Assembly (NCBI RefSeq): GCF_964355755.1
Contig: NC_092670.1
Span: forward strand, 15,238,795 to 15,302,794
DNA length: 64,000 bases
Origin: Antedon mediterranea
Lineage: Eukaryota > Animalia > Echinodermata
Direction of reading: 5' to 3'
Shown: in pieces, positions 12,701 to 25,700 of the stretch
How positions within the stretch are numbered: the first letter of the stretch is position 1
Layout of the letters: the number at the start of each line of letters is the position of its first letter
Notes under the pieces: generated by a model
What the model was told of the DNA's origin: nothing
Databases searched by the model: none
The model's input: the letters and a program-made list of their open reading frames with translations, nothing else
Made by a program: the position numbers and the translations under genes

Positions 12701-13958
12701 TTTTCGGCAATCAGGTTGTCTCCTATTTCGTTGCAATAGTATTCTGGGTAATAGTTAATCAACTGGAAAGATAGACGCCAGAAAACACGTACCTATTGAA
12801 AACAAATTCACATCATAATCAGGAATTATAACAAAATGATAATACTCTTTACTTTGGACGCAAGTAATTTGACCAATCACAACGTGATGGAGCATCCGAA
12901 TTGTGGATTGTGATTGATTAAATAACTTGCGTTTATACTACTATTATTATTACTATTTAGGCGTACATAAGAAAATGAATATTTAAGTCCAACAGAAATA
13001 ACATTGAACTAAGATTATAAATGATAACAATGTCCAATGTTCAAATCCTACATACAGTGAACTTTTATATCGATTCGTGTTTCATTCATTCATTTATTCA
13101 ATAGTATGTAGGCCACTGCCACAAATACAATAAGAGTTAATAATACATAATAATTACATTTAAGGAAGCCTAATAGTAATAGCAACATAATTATTAGTTC
13201 TCTTTTTATATGCGAGTAAATTATTTTAAAACAATCAATATTTAAAAACAGACTTGAGAATACCACAGGGATACAATATTTTAAAAGCAACATATAAGAA
13301 CATCAATAATACTATAAAAATTACTTGATACTGGTTCCAATAATTACTTAAATTATGCAAAAAAAACTGGCTAAAAAAATTTTTTTTCTGACTTTACTAT
13401 GCTCAATTGATTTCAATTAAGATTATTCAGCGTTATACAACCTGATCGAGTAAGGAACAACGGATTTTTTATATCTCTCGGTTCTACATCTGATAGATCA
13501 TACAGATCATTTATCTTGGAGCGCATTTTATGATAATTACTATATAACGGGTGTTTTGCATCTTCCTGATATATTTCTGGTTAAGACCTATAATATTTCA
13601 TGACTAAAACCATCTATATCTTAACAAAGAATAAACCTAGTCTAGTCTAGAACTCACAGGTTAAAACCTATCAATGTACGACTTTTATAAACACAAATTA
13701 TAGCATAGGATTTGATCGAGGAATTGGGGAACTTATGAACTTAATTTAACTCACAGTTATTGTCCATACCAATATATAATGGGCAATGGATATACAATAC
13801 AAAGAACTACATAAATTATGCCTGTTCTCGAGTTTGTAAGAAAATCAAGGTACCTTAGCTTTTCCGAGTCTTTCATAGTAGAACGTACCGCCACGGTAGT
13901 GAGTAGCGTACACCTCAGCTACCATAAACACCATCGCTAAGAGCACCAAACTTCTCAT
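6744..13958 (-). CDS. Paralog B: secreted ZP-domain protein, 14 coding exons, 785 aa
   Basis: Coding exons 13854-13958, 12548-12792, 12044-12228, 11769-11896, 11489-11636, 11127-11241, 10690-10845, 10478-10518, 9836-9960, 9187-9454, 8811-8998, 8193-8596, 7668-7767, 6744-6893; all GT-AG, total 2358 nt, in frame. ZP-N cysteines (VECGD..RC..DECGT..IICE), IHP-like GEFKTYLKMYED, ZP-C (IESCKA, FIENGC, RFSIKSFGF, VFVKCKMVSC), furin site CSRRRRS, then stop with no TM segment. Confidence 0.92.
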
Positions 13959-14366
13959 GATTACCTGTCAAAGGAAACAAACAAACTCTTGCAACTCTTA
14001 CAAAGAATTAACCAGGAGGATGCATTTTACCCTAAATCCAAGACTATCCCAAATAGTTATTATTTTGATTTGATCAGGGAAGAGTGAAATTACAATTATT
14101 GTAAGAAATTTGCACCTAAAAAAAAGAATGAGAATATAATTAAAAGCATCATTGTTACAAGCAGTAAAATTCCTTTTTCAACCTTATTTAAAACAACTTG
14201 ACTAATCAAATAAAAACGGAAAGCAGACAGGGAAAACAGACATAGAAATGCAATGATAGCCCATGAAAGTCAATAGTTAAAGTGGACTTGTTTCCAATGA
14301 GGTCCTTTAGAAAATATAAAAGAATTAAAAGAAACAGAAAAAAAAAACATTGAAGGAAAAACTTAC

Positions 14367-14495
14367 GGATTTGTCGAAACCGTTACCTCCTGTACCACAC
14401 ACACTCCGCAACTACTGTAGGTGAAATTCATTGGTCCTTTTATACAGTTCATACATTGGTCCATGGGTCATTTAATTTGGTCACGTAATTGGACA
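14367..14495 (-). promoter_or_regulatory. Non-coding first exon and core promoter of paralog B
   Basis: Donor GTAAGT at 14361-14366; TATAAAA on minus at 14438-14444; several CCAAT motifs nearby. The block is conserved upstream of paralog D (58701-58830) although the surrounding DNA diverges. Confidence 0.7.
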
Positions 14496-15429
14496 AGTAA
14501 TTAGAAGTATAATCATTCCATCAATTCTGTTGCGCTTCACAGACTTTTCTCATTTTTAAGTGCTGTTATTCAAAGTTGGGAGGCCTAAATCGATTTTACA
14601 GACCACATTTATTAAATAAATATTGAAATTAACTTATTAGCTAAAAGTCAAATTACTATTGGAGGTTAACAAATATGGAATAATTATTATTTTAGCTATG
14701 CATGGACAGAGATCACAGAATTGAGTTGATGTTAATTCCACGTTGGAATTTCAAATAGCCTAAAAGTAGTTATTAGTTAGTAGCCTAATTTACCTTCAAG
14801 CGTATTAATTTTCTATTTCCAATAAAAAAAATGGGTTCTATGTTTACGAAACGTCAGGCTAGGCCTATAGCTAGTGTACGATGTTCTACGTTACCGATGT
14901 AAGGTTCCGGGGTCTAGGCCTAAGACGGCAAACGAGCGCGGACATTCAACGCGAGCTACTTTAACTTAGGTAGTGCATTACTGGTACTGGTACTGGTTTA
15001 AATAACCGTCTCACAGAGACATCTGGTAGCCATTGACTTAAAGTTGGCATTTGTATGTGTTACTTTTAAATGTACAGTATGAGAGTGACTACTACCAAAT
15101 TGCACAGTCACAAAACAACTTATAAAACAGTTCATATATATAGTTAAAACATTGCTGGGAATTATAAATTTCTGTTGAAGCAGGCTCCAATGAAGTTGCA
15201 TCTAGTAAGTTGACTTTGTTGTACAACTCTATCAAGTACTGATGGTATCTTCCGACCTCTTCGTCATTGTTTCTCTCTTCTTATCATAATTTACCATAAA
15301 ACGTACATTTAAGACAAGGAATGACCATGTTTTTAAAGTAATGTATATCCATTATTTTTTTTTAAACGTCAACAAATTGTAGGGATGGATCTTTAATTAT
15401 TATTGTCTTGTTTTGTAGTAAACATTATG

Positions 15430-15710
15430 GTAAAACAGAAATAATATCACGTTCTTCTTCAAATATAGCGTCTGGAACAGTTACCACTTTTCAATTCAGC
15501 ACAACTGGAATTACTTCCGACTTAAGCCGATTTTCCACTAGGCGAATTTGTTCGCGCGAATCGAAGGCGTCAGCTAATACGCATGCGTAGAGAAGGATTT
15601 GGAAGACGTAAACATGAATACACATGCGTACAAGCGTTCGATTCGCGCGAACAAATTCGCCTAGTGGAAAATCGGCTTTACTTGACACAATCTAAACTCT
15701 TACCAAGCAC
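15430..15710 (-). pseudogene. Orphan degenerate last exon of the ZP gene family, interrupted by a MITE
   Basis: With the MITE removed, TTCTTCTTCAAATATAGCG-TCTGGAACAGTTACCACTTTTCAATTCAGCACAAC..GAATTACTT..TTACTTGACACAATCT..CACCTA aligns with the paralog E last exon (59789-59938). The acceptor AG is retained; the furin-site codons are deleted. Confidence 0.7.
15525..15677. mobile_element. PIF/Harbinger (Tourist-like) MITE, 153 bp
   Basis: Perfect ~41-bp TIRs AGCCGATTTTCCACTAGGCGAATTTGTTCGCGCGAATCGAA; TTA target duplication at 15522-15524 and 15678-15680. Confidence 0.88.
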
Positions 15711-16125
15711 CTAACAAAAGAAAATAGGTTACTAGAATCTATCCAATCTATTGTCAGCGAATTGCAAATACTTAACATCCAATGTAAATTCATATTCTTG
15801 ATCTATAAAGAATACATTTTGTATACATTTTGAAATACATTAACATGTAACTTAGGAATGAACAAACCCTGTTATAAATAGGCCAGGAGCCAGTCTACTA
15901 TTATTTTTGCAAGTAGGCCTTCTGTAGCTTTAAAAGGTATTTCAAGTTTTATAATACTAAAAGTATAATACTAAGTGCACAAATAAAATGTCTAAAAGCA
16001 GTAAAAAATTGACAATTTCAGAATACTGTACTGGTTCGTTTACTACTACAGTATAGTAACACACCAGTGACATTTTACCTAGAACCAAATTAAACTAATA
16101 TCCAGAGCAATTCTGAGGCACCAAA

Positions 16126-16757
16126 TAGTGGGGAACCTAATGTTCCAAATATCAATTCCGTGAGATTTTAATGCTCAAGTTGAGTTCTTGGCAGTTTTGG
16201 AATCCTTAGGACTAGTAGAATTCATTGCAACTGGGGTCAATTTTTCCCGACCCTATTTTGGCCGCCATATTGGATTTCAAAATGGCCCCCATTTTGTACT
16301 CAAAACTGATAGTAGTTCCTATTTTAAACCACGTACGAACGTAATTTGTGTGACAAATCTTACAATATTATGATAAATCAGTCATATGGTACAATTTATA
16401 ATAATAGCATATGGCAACCATATTGGATTCTAAGATGGCCGCTATGAAAAACGTATATAATGTATGCATTTATATATTTAATCATCACATTATGGCTGCC
16501 ATATGCTATTATTATAAATTTGACCATTGGACTGATTTATCATAATATTGTAAGATTTGTCACACAAATTACGTTCGTACGTGGTTTAAAATAGGAGCTA
16601 CTATCAGTTTTGAGTAAATCTAATATGGTGGCCAAAAAATGGTCAGGAAGAATTGGCCCCAGTTGCAATGGAGTCTACTAGTCCTAATGATTCCAAAACT
16701 GCCAAGAACTCACCTTGAGCATTAAAATATCACGGAATTACATTAGGTTCTCCACTA
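16126..16757. mobile_element. Fold-back/long-TIR non-autonomous DNA transposon (~630 bp)
   Basis: Termini TAGTGGGGAACCTAATG / CATTAGGTTCTCCACTA; arms of ~270-300 bp are reverse complements around a ~70-bp spacer. Confidence 0.85.
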
Positions 16758-17050
16758 AAAGATGTATAACGCTCTTGTTTTATTTTTGAACGAAGGTTTG
16801 AATGATAATATACGGAGAGCCGTGTAATGCTGATTGATTATAAAAAGCTTCGACCTAATTTTTAAACATAGATGAGATCCGTGTATGATTTGTAGAAGCG
16901 TTTTTAGCATTCACTCCGTGTGAAAATTGACCAATATCTATCGTCATGGGCATCACCTAGGCATAGAGGAGTTCCTCAAAGCTCCTGAATGATCGACCCA
17001 CTTTTGATCATCGTCTATATTATCATTATTATTATCATCATCATCATTAT

Positions 17051-17680
17051 TTACCACCTCCGCCAAGGAGGTATATGTAATCGATCGCGTGTGTTTGTTT
17101 GTTTGTTTGTTTGTTGGCAGGATTACTCAAAAAGTAATTACAAGATCTTTCCCAAAATGAAAATACAGATAGATATGCGGTCAAGGACCACTCCATTAAA
17201 TTTTGGAAGCAATTATTCTGGACCACTTTTTAGAATTATTTTCATACCTGCTAGTGTTAAAAGATAGTACAGAATTTTCAAAGCTGGTGAGCAGGTAACG
17301 AGTAAACTCAAATTGCATTTTCTCGAGAACTACTTGTCTGAAAAACTTTTTTGTTCAAGAGGCAAGAATTATAATTTGTGGTTTGTAATTTTAAAACATA
17401 ATTAGATTTAATGTACACGTTTTTCGAGTAGTTTAAAAAAGCTATTTCTTTTCAAATTCATTGTTTGTTTTTCGGGTTGCTGTTCTATTGTTAGTCAGCT
17501 GAAGCTATTGTTAGTTGAAAGGCTGGTTACATAAAATAACTATCCCACCAAACTCGCATACTGTACACATGCTTGTAGTGAAGTTAGTCTAAATCACACA
17601 CAATTTTTCCGGAGACTAAATCTTATGTAGAAGAATGTTACAGTAGGTGGAACTTTGCACTCTCGGAGTGGCTTTCTAGT
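17051..17680 (+). mobile_element. Helentron-type non-autonomous element (HINE/DINE-1-like)
   Basis: Starts ACCTCCGCCAAGGAGGT, (GTTT)n microsatellite, 3' hairpin CACTCTCGGAGTG then CTAGTT, in a T-rich target; partial inverted copy at 35580-35794. Confidence 0.65.
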
Positions 17681-17689
17681 TATTATTAT

Positions 17690-17800
17690 GAGTGAGTAGA
17701 GCAAAGCGGTTTAAGACAGTGAAACCGTAATACCCTACCATATTAATATCGGCAAGGTTTCGATCCTCACTCGCTCCATGGTTCTGGTGTTAGAACTATA
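17690..17800 (+). mobile_element. tRNA-derived SINE head fragment
   Basis: GAGTGAG...CTCGCTCCA acceptor-like stem, A-box-like TAGAGCAAAGCGG, B-box-like GGTTTCGATCC; no proper anticodon arm. Confidence 0.5.
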
Positions 17801-19779
17801 GTTTTCTCGTGCACTTTAAAGAATCTAGTACATTTTTCGAGACAAGCTACGATGGTGTGTCATCATGCTTCACTTTTTTGCGCGTTTATTAGATCTGTTT
17901 ATTGAATATGGATGTCTTGTCTGGTATACCAGTTTTACTAATGAGTCTAAACAACTTGAAAGGATCAAAATGAAGCTCCCTGCCCCGTCCCGTCTTCAGA
18001 GGCCATCAATGCTTAGTGCAACATACTTTAATAAAGTATAAAATAACACCGTCTCCGTTCTCTTTTAAAAGTAGCCCCGACTCATAATTATAACTTACGT
18101 AGATATTTGAAATCTCGTCTGTTGTAACTTCAATCACATACATTTGAGATTGCCGTACAGCTTAATTCAATTGAATTGAAAAACTGGCGTTGCGAGCAAA
18201 CAGGTCATCACCTTTCACTAAGCATATAGATATATCTCTATGCACTAAGAAATGTAGCTCATGCATTCCTAGTTCAAGTGACCGAGGCTCAATCAAAAGA
18301 AATGGTTGAAAGTGATGTATTTTTTTAGAATTATGATTGAAAATGGTTGAAAATATTAAAATATGTTTGTTTTATTTGTTTGGCTTATAATTTACTTTTT
18401 CAAAAAAGGGAAGAAGACAATGATAAAAAAAATACCATTTCTGATCCGAACCTATTCATTTTAACATAAATATGAATATCGGCGTTCTGAACAATTTGAT
18501 ACTATCAATACTATTTTATGTCAACCTGTTTTTGGATGGGACATCATTTAAATTGAGATCCTAATATGTCAAAATTCCTACTTTCGGTCATTGTTTGCAA
18601 AAGGAAACTGCTATTAGAGTGAATATAAAAATTCATAAGAGTACGTTCTTTGGCACCAAAATTATATTTCTACATCTGTTAATTATCGAGGACTGCAAAT
18701 GCACCAAAATACGGGAACAATTTTGTAAAAATGTAAATGAAATTACGTCAAAGGTCAAAAACTATAATTTCCTGTAAATGTTGGCCAAACTGTCGCATTA
18801 CCATATCAATGTGGTATTCTGCATAATTTCGAAACTAAAGCTTCGATGCCATACCGGTTATTGAGCTATGGATCCCATTTAAAAGCAAGGTAATGTATCA
18901 AAAGTCCTACTTTCGGTCATTTTCTACAAAAAACTTTCTGAGTACTTTGGTACAAAAATTGTATTTCTTCTAGTCCCTGAGAAATGAAATGAATTACTTA
19001 ACATAGGCCTACTTAAATCCAACATGGCCGACTAAATGGGTAAAAAAACAACTTGATCTGGTAAATAGACATACTTGGGAATGGAAAAAAACAATATTTA
19101 AAATATATACCTCAGGAGTGCATGGGAACCCACATTTCCTACTAGACTAACAGTAGTAGTACAATAAAAATAGTTTAAAATATCAAGAACCGTCGATACA
19201 CTAGACTGCTATTAAAGATGACATTTTATTTTTATTTATTTATTATTGTTTACCCTTTTTTCGTTTCAACATTTTTAAACGCAGAAGAAATACTGTATTT
19301 GTTATATATATCGGTATATCTTACTGAAATATCAACCATGTTTTACTGTTTGTTATTCATAGTTAAATACAGCTTATAAGAGTGTAATAAAAAAGGAAAC
19401 GGATTGAAATTAACCAAATTGCTCAAAAGCCAGAGCTTCCGGGGAATTAATAAATGTCACAATCAACATCTTCGTAACCTTAATTTCGATTTTACCTGCT
19501 CTCATTATACACTAGAAACTATTTACGTCTTCATTCATAATGAACGGGCACAATTTGTTTTCACAATTGGCAGCGAATTCTAGGTCCAAACAGTATATAT
19601 GTGTCGTCAGTCGTAGGTTGCCGAAAATCGTGTTAATCCATATCATTTTCATTGCATTATGTAAATTCAGAAAAAAAACCAAAAAATAACATTTAAACTT
19701 TGTAAAACATTTATTTCAGTAAACAGAAGTCATCGGTTATAGGTTATTTATCATTGATCTTTTGGATTTGATTCATATG

Positions 19780-22700
19780 TTACATTCTAAATGTCATAAA
19801 GGTATCGATTTCCTCTTCAAACGTGCTGATACTTCGCCGACGTCTGGAGCAGTTACCACGCTTGATCTCAGCACAACGTGAACTACTTGCTTCAGGTTTA
19901 CACGATACCATCTTACATTTCAAAAATACCTAGACAAAAAACAAATGTTGTATGAATAAATAGCAAATCTCAACAGTCTCGAATAATACAGTATTAGAAA
20001 ATATCAATGCAATAGTATTTTTTTGTTATGTAATATAACATCCCACTACCCCACACTCTCTCTTTGATTATGGGTTAGTTGCAATATAAAGTGTTTGATG
20101 ATAGGTCAGTTTTCATAACAGTAAATGTCATCACTATTTTTAAACAAAGACTCTTACCTCGTTAGTTAAGCCATATTGCAGGAATCCAAATGATTTAATA
20201 GAGAAGCGGTGATCCAAGCCAGAAGGAATAAAACTGACGGATGAGTCTACACCACACCTAAATAATCAAGAAAGAAGATCATTACTTTAATTATAGAAGT
20301 CATAGTCATATATACTTTATTGTCCATTTAAAAAACAGAAATGTGATTTGAAAACTGGCAAAATATAAAAATATAAAATACAATTTCCAAAAACACACAC
20401 AAAAAGTTAAGAGGCTAAAAATTGTTAAAATTAGATAAAAATTATCGGTTACATTTTACCTTTGTACGAGTTATATAAGTGTATAGCATTAGGTACAAAC
20501 GAGCACCTAAACCGTTTTGTTTTGGTATTAAGTGCACGTAGTCTTATGCCAGAATTCATGAGAGCAAATTGTTTGTGAAGAGGATGTGTTTCATCATCAA
20601 TGATACTTTTTACTTTTTTTAACACATTTTCTTTATACAAGGATTCAACATCAGGTAAGTGCTCTCCTACTAGTCTAATTGCTCTATTTCCTATTCGATT
20701 AAGTTTAATTTTATCTTTTTGCATTGTATTACCATAAAAACAAACATTACAAAAAAGTATTACACTGAGAATTACAGAGTTATAAAACAATTTAAGTATA
20801 GTTTTGTCAATTTGTAGGTACTTCATTTTTCTTAAAATAAACATCCTTTGGTTGGCTTTGCATGTGGCTTTATTTACATTATTTATCCAATTTAGCTTAT
20901 TGTCAATTATACAACCCAGATATTTGTACTCATTTACTACTTCAATCTCATTTTCATTTATAATCAGAGGTTCTAAGGGTTCTTTAATTTTCCTAAAATC
21001 AATTTGCATTTCTTTTGTTTTCTTTATGTTTAGTTTCAGGTTGTTATTGCAGCACCAGTGATAAAAATCACATCCTAGTTGTCTATAGCTTGTTTCATCA
21101 TTGCCAGTAATGTATCCAGTGATGACTGTGTCATCTGCATATTTTACTATACAACATTCATTTGAATTGGCTCTGAAACTGCTGGTGAACAGTGAAAACA
21201 ACATTGGGGAGATAACAGACCCTTGTGGCGTGCCAATGCTAACAGAATAATGTGTTCTTATGCACTGTTGAAAATCAAAGTCTTGTCATGTGTCTTTTTG
21301 TAATTCATTACAAAAAAATATGAAAATTGTTCAACAGAATTCCACAATGGGACACGCAGGGGAAGTTCACGTAAAGAAAATTACATGCCAGAGATGTCCA
21401 AATAATTATCAAGTCAAATGAAATCAAAATCTTCTTTCTTGTATTACAATTATAATACAATTAATATTCAGTAATAGTATAGTTAATAGATAATAATTAT
21501 CTGAAAAAATATATAATACATAATAAGCTAAATGAGTAAAAAATATGAAGACAATTGTAGTAAAAGTATATAAATATAAACACCTTACCCGTTTTCAATG
21601 AATGTGTATTTCTTGTCATTCTCTGTGCATGTTCCAAATTTAGCCATTGCTTTGCAGCTTTCAATGGCAACGTCCTTCGAAGATGTGCTCTGCGCAGAAA
21701 AGTACAAGGTTTCTTTGAGTTCAACTGATGCAGTTCCAGTGATGTCTGTTCTGTAACTTGAGTCTTCATACATCTTAAGATAAGTCTTAAACTCTCCAGT
21801 TGCTTTGTATTTTTCGGGTTTTACTGCTGCCACTGGTTTGAAGAATACGTCATTAACCTTAAGTCCTCTCATTTCACAAATAATTTGCATCTCAACCTTA
21901 TGCTTTGCTCGGGTTACTGGTGCACCTGGGAAGATTGGTTTCGGGTCGTCTCTGATTGTGTTGTAGAATTTAGTTTTCGATTTTGATGAACGCTTGAAAA
22001 AAAAGCAAACTGAATATACAGACATGTTTTAAATACATGTATTCCTAATAACATAACTTATACATGTATATAGATATAACTATATCAACTAAAGACAGAG
22101 TTAAGTTCAATTGACGTCGATTTAAAAAAAAGGAAGCTAAGTAGATTCCATATTTTTACGCAATGGCCAATAAAAGACTGTACGCGTAACATATTACAGC
22201 ATTTTGATTGAAAACTAAATATATTGAAATTAAACGTGTATTTCACCAATAAATGCATTACAAGTTGACGCATTCCAATGAGTTTTAGTCCTCTATTATT
22301 GTTGCTCTTTTGGTGCTCCATAGATACAGAAATATTGAACAACTATTATTACTATCTACTAAATATTTTTTTATTTTACGTATCTCCTCCAAAACCACTG
22401 AACGGTACGTGCTCACATTTGGCACACAGATGTTTATTGATGGACTGCACACGATAGGCTATGTCACTTTCCTGAATTCTAAGGAGAAACGCTAAAAAAG
22501 GCAAAAAATATCAGTAATTTGACGTCTCAGCGACCGTGTTACGTCACTGTAAAAATTACGCAACCTCCTCTTTGTGTAGCGCCATGGCCGGATGGATCTA
22601 CAAATACCATGCCAGGCCGCCAAAACACCACTCTTTAGTCAACCGTATCTAATGATCACGTCGTTGAAGTTTATACACATAGTTTGAACAGAATGATTTT

Positions 22701-25700
22701 TGTAAATCATGGTATGGCTCAGTAAGTAAATCGCCGTGACCATTGATATCAATGTTTAGTACGTTTGAGTTCGAATCCGCGACATGCTTAAATCTAAAAA
22801 TCAAAACTAGACCTCAATCTAATAATCTAATTACAAAACTAGCAAAACGGATATGAAACCTGACACACAAAAAGCAAAATATAATAAGCCATGAAATTTA
22901 AAAAAATGTAAATGAACAGAAAAACATTCTGACAAACAAAATATCACAACGAAAAATACATTTGAAATATAGTTTGGTATTTTATAGGCCTACTTTCGTT
23001 AGTGTCCGCGCGCATCATCTTATCATGCATTTTTTGTGTTGATTTCAAGACCGTGGCTGTGGTTTTAGAGGCTGTGGTTTTATTATGCCAACATCTCAAT
23101 TCTATAAATTATCAATTCATATCATTGAAATGTTTTCAACTGCCAACTGATTATCAGAGTTCAACCTGCCTCTCATGTACAACGTTGTTACTTTATGATG
23201 CGCACCCTAGATTAATATTCACACCGCACAATTTTTAGCGACTTCCATTTTCATAAAGTCCCATATCCAGTACTGCTTTCATTTTGTAGCTCATAGTTAC
23301 TTAAAAGTGAAGGAATACTTGGTGTATAACAAAATCCATCGCTTTTTATGAGGGAAGAGTGAATCTTCATAAAGTAATAACCCAAATTTGGAGTCAAAAT
23401 GCAAGGCAGGGAACTAGCGCCGCCGGGGCCTAATAGTACGTACGTGGACAACAATGAAAATCGTTCGTACTACCTAGCCTACTAAAACAGGAATATTGTA
23501 TGATTACACCAATTATTATTATATATTATTATTGATTACTTTATTTTATACATAGGCCTGGCACTTTGTCAACACTCCTCATATGGAAGATACAGGCAAC
23601 TCAGATTTTAATATAGCCTACTAAGCTTTTGTGACGTGACCATATCAATTTTCCTGAAATTCAATAGGCATGTTCTATAAGAATATAATTTTATTAAACC
23701 GACAAATTCAGAATGATAACTTCAAAATTGTAGACGCTATCGTGCTAACAAACAAACAAAGCAAGTACTATTTCACCAAGTAAAAATCAGCATATTTTTT
23801 ACCTTGATGATGGTTCCACACTCGTCATAATCAAACTCAATCGTGTAGTACATTGGGTCATTATCCTGAATTCTGCATCTTGTGTCGTGAAGGTGAAGCT
23901 CACTTGCTGGAATGTTATTCACGTACGTTTTAGGAATGCGGACATTTATGTATGATTCTCCGCATTCTACTTCTGGTTCTGGTGGCTTAGCTATAAAAAA
24001 TGAGAAATATAACATTGAATAATAAAAGATAGGGGACTAATACATTTTCAGATTTAGGCCTATATTTGGAAATATTATACCTACGTACAATATAACAAGA
24101 TCCTTTGGATTGCATAGTTTGCAAGAAGTAGTTTATACAACCGTTTATACAACTTTTAGTATTAAAGTATTATGTATGTAAATTACAAGTGAGTGTAGGC
24201 CTACTTACCGATTTCAAAGCCATACATCCGTTCATCATTGACAGCCTTGGTACTCAAGCCACATGGAGTTGTCCAGACTCGCTCACTAAAACCTGCCTCA
24301 ACTTTTACAAGATAATCTTTGCCTCCTTCTAGACCAGTAGGTGCAGGGTATTGGACAATCGTGAGATCACTTTTTGGGAACCTTACTACATCTTCAACAG
24401 CATTATACTTGGTAATTATATTCTTTTTCGAGTCTAAGATTTTGATGTGTGAATTGTTTGTTGGACGTTGAACCTATAAGTAAAATAATATATTGGCGTA
24501 TCTTATTCTGGTCGAGATTTTATAGGCCTACTGGCTTTATTTTCTACCGCCATGCCCGACTTCTCCGCGGTATATTATGGCGTTTCGTGATCTCATTACA
24601 ACGAGTACAACGTAACAACATCAAATGAAATTAATATGTACTTTTATTCAAAAGAACGATGGCCTCTTACATGTAGTATTCACTGATCCATCAAAACTGA
24701 ACAATGGGTACCCAGTTTGCTATGCATTGAACCTACGTCATGTCATAGTAAAGAGCGCCGCCGTACCAATACGTCAGATTTAACTGTGATTACTGTATAC
24801 TTACGGGTCCATCAAATGTAATTGTCCAAAGTTCCTCTGTTCCCTCGTACACGGAGTTGGCCACTGGGGTTGATTGGTTTAGTAGAATTACAGGTGGAGC
24901 TTGTGTATTTTCTAAATTATTGAAACGACCATCGGCTAAACCAACAACAATGTAAAAAACAGCGATAATAAACAATAAACGAGTTTTTGTTTACATATTT
25001 TAGATATCTTCATGGTAAAATGTCAAATACCCGAAAAGACGAAATATATTTTTTTTATACATTCTTATATGCAAAATGGCTTAAGTCTTTAAAGCACAGA
25101 TATACCGCAGTTAGAGACGCAGTCAAATATTGTCAAAATACATAATTTTTGCCAAAAAGGTGACGGTGCACTGCCATTTACCGTACAAACACAAGATGCT
25201 CTACAAAAAGTATTGCATTAGGTATTTGTGAGTGAAATTGAACATGTCGTGAGAATATACCTAATAGCGTTTAAAACCAGTAATAATGAATCAATAGAAA
25301 AGGATCCAAACCCCCAAGTTACAACTCTACTAAATGAATCAATAAAGAAAACATTGGAACAACCCGCTGATGGAATTCTAAGCAGGGTAGTATCATCTGG
25401 TCACCTAAGTGAGCGAGTTGGTTGATCAGATTTAATAATTAAGAATACTCAGATAATAAATGATAAAATGATAAACACGTAACATAAAACACAAATGATA
25501 ATGTGAACTTACCTGATACAATCAAACGTCCAGACATAGGATCATTCTGAACACTGCAAATCAATTAAAAGTATTTTTATATAGAATGATTTAAAATGAA
25601 ACTACATAATATAGACCAACATTAATTTATTGATTTATTCACTGCAAAAGTTTAAAAAAATGCGCATGCGTTGTGACGTTTTTATTCCACTTACCCATTA

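Noticed and set aside
14880-15400. Possible transposase or coding relic
   Set aside because: No recognisable motif in any frame.
16989-17267. 92-aa ORF with poly-Ile hydrophobic stretch
   Set aside because: Translation of an (ATT/ATC)n microsatellite plus a HINE end.
17690-17778. Functional tRNA gene (also 22710-22790)
   Set aside because: A/B-box-like motifs are present but no canonical cloverleaf or anticodon arm; better explained as SINE-derived.
18400-19150. Internally repetitive block (CCTACTTTCGGTCAT twice)
   Set aside because: Probably a decayed non-autonomous transposon, but I could not define termini.
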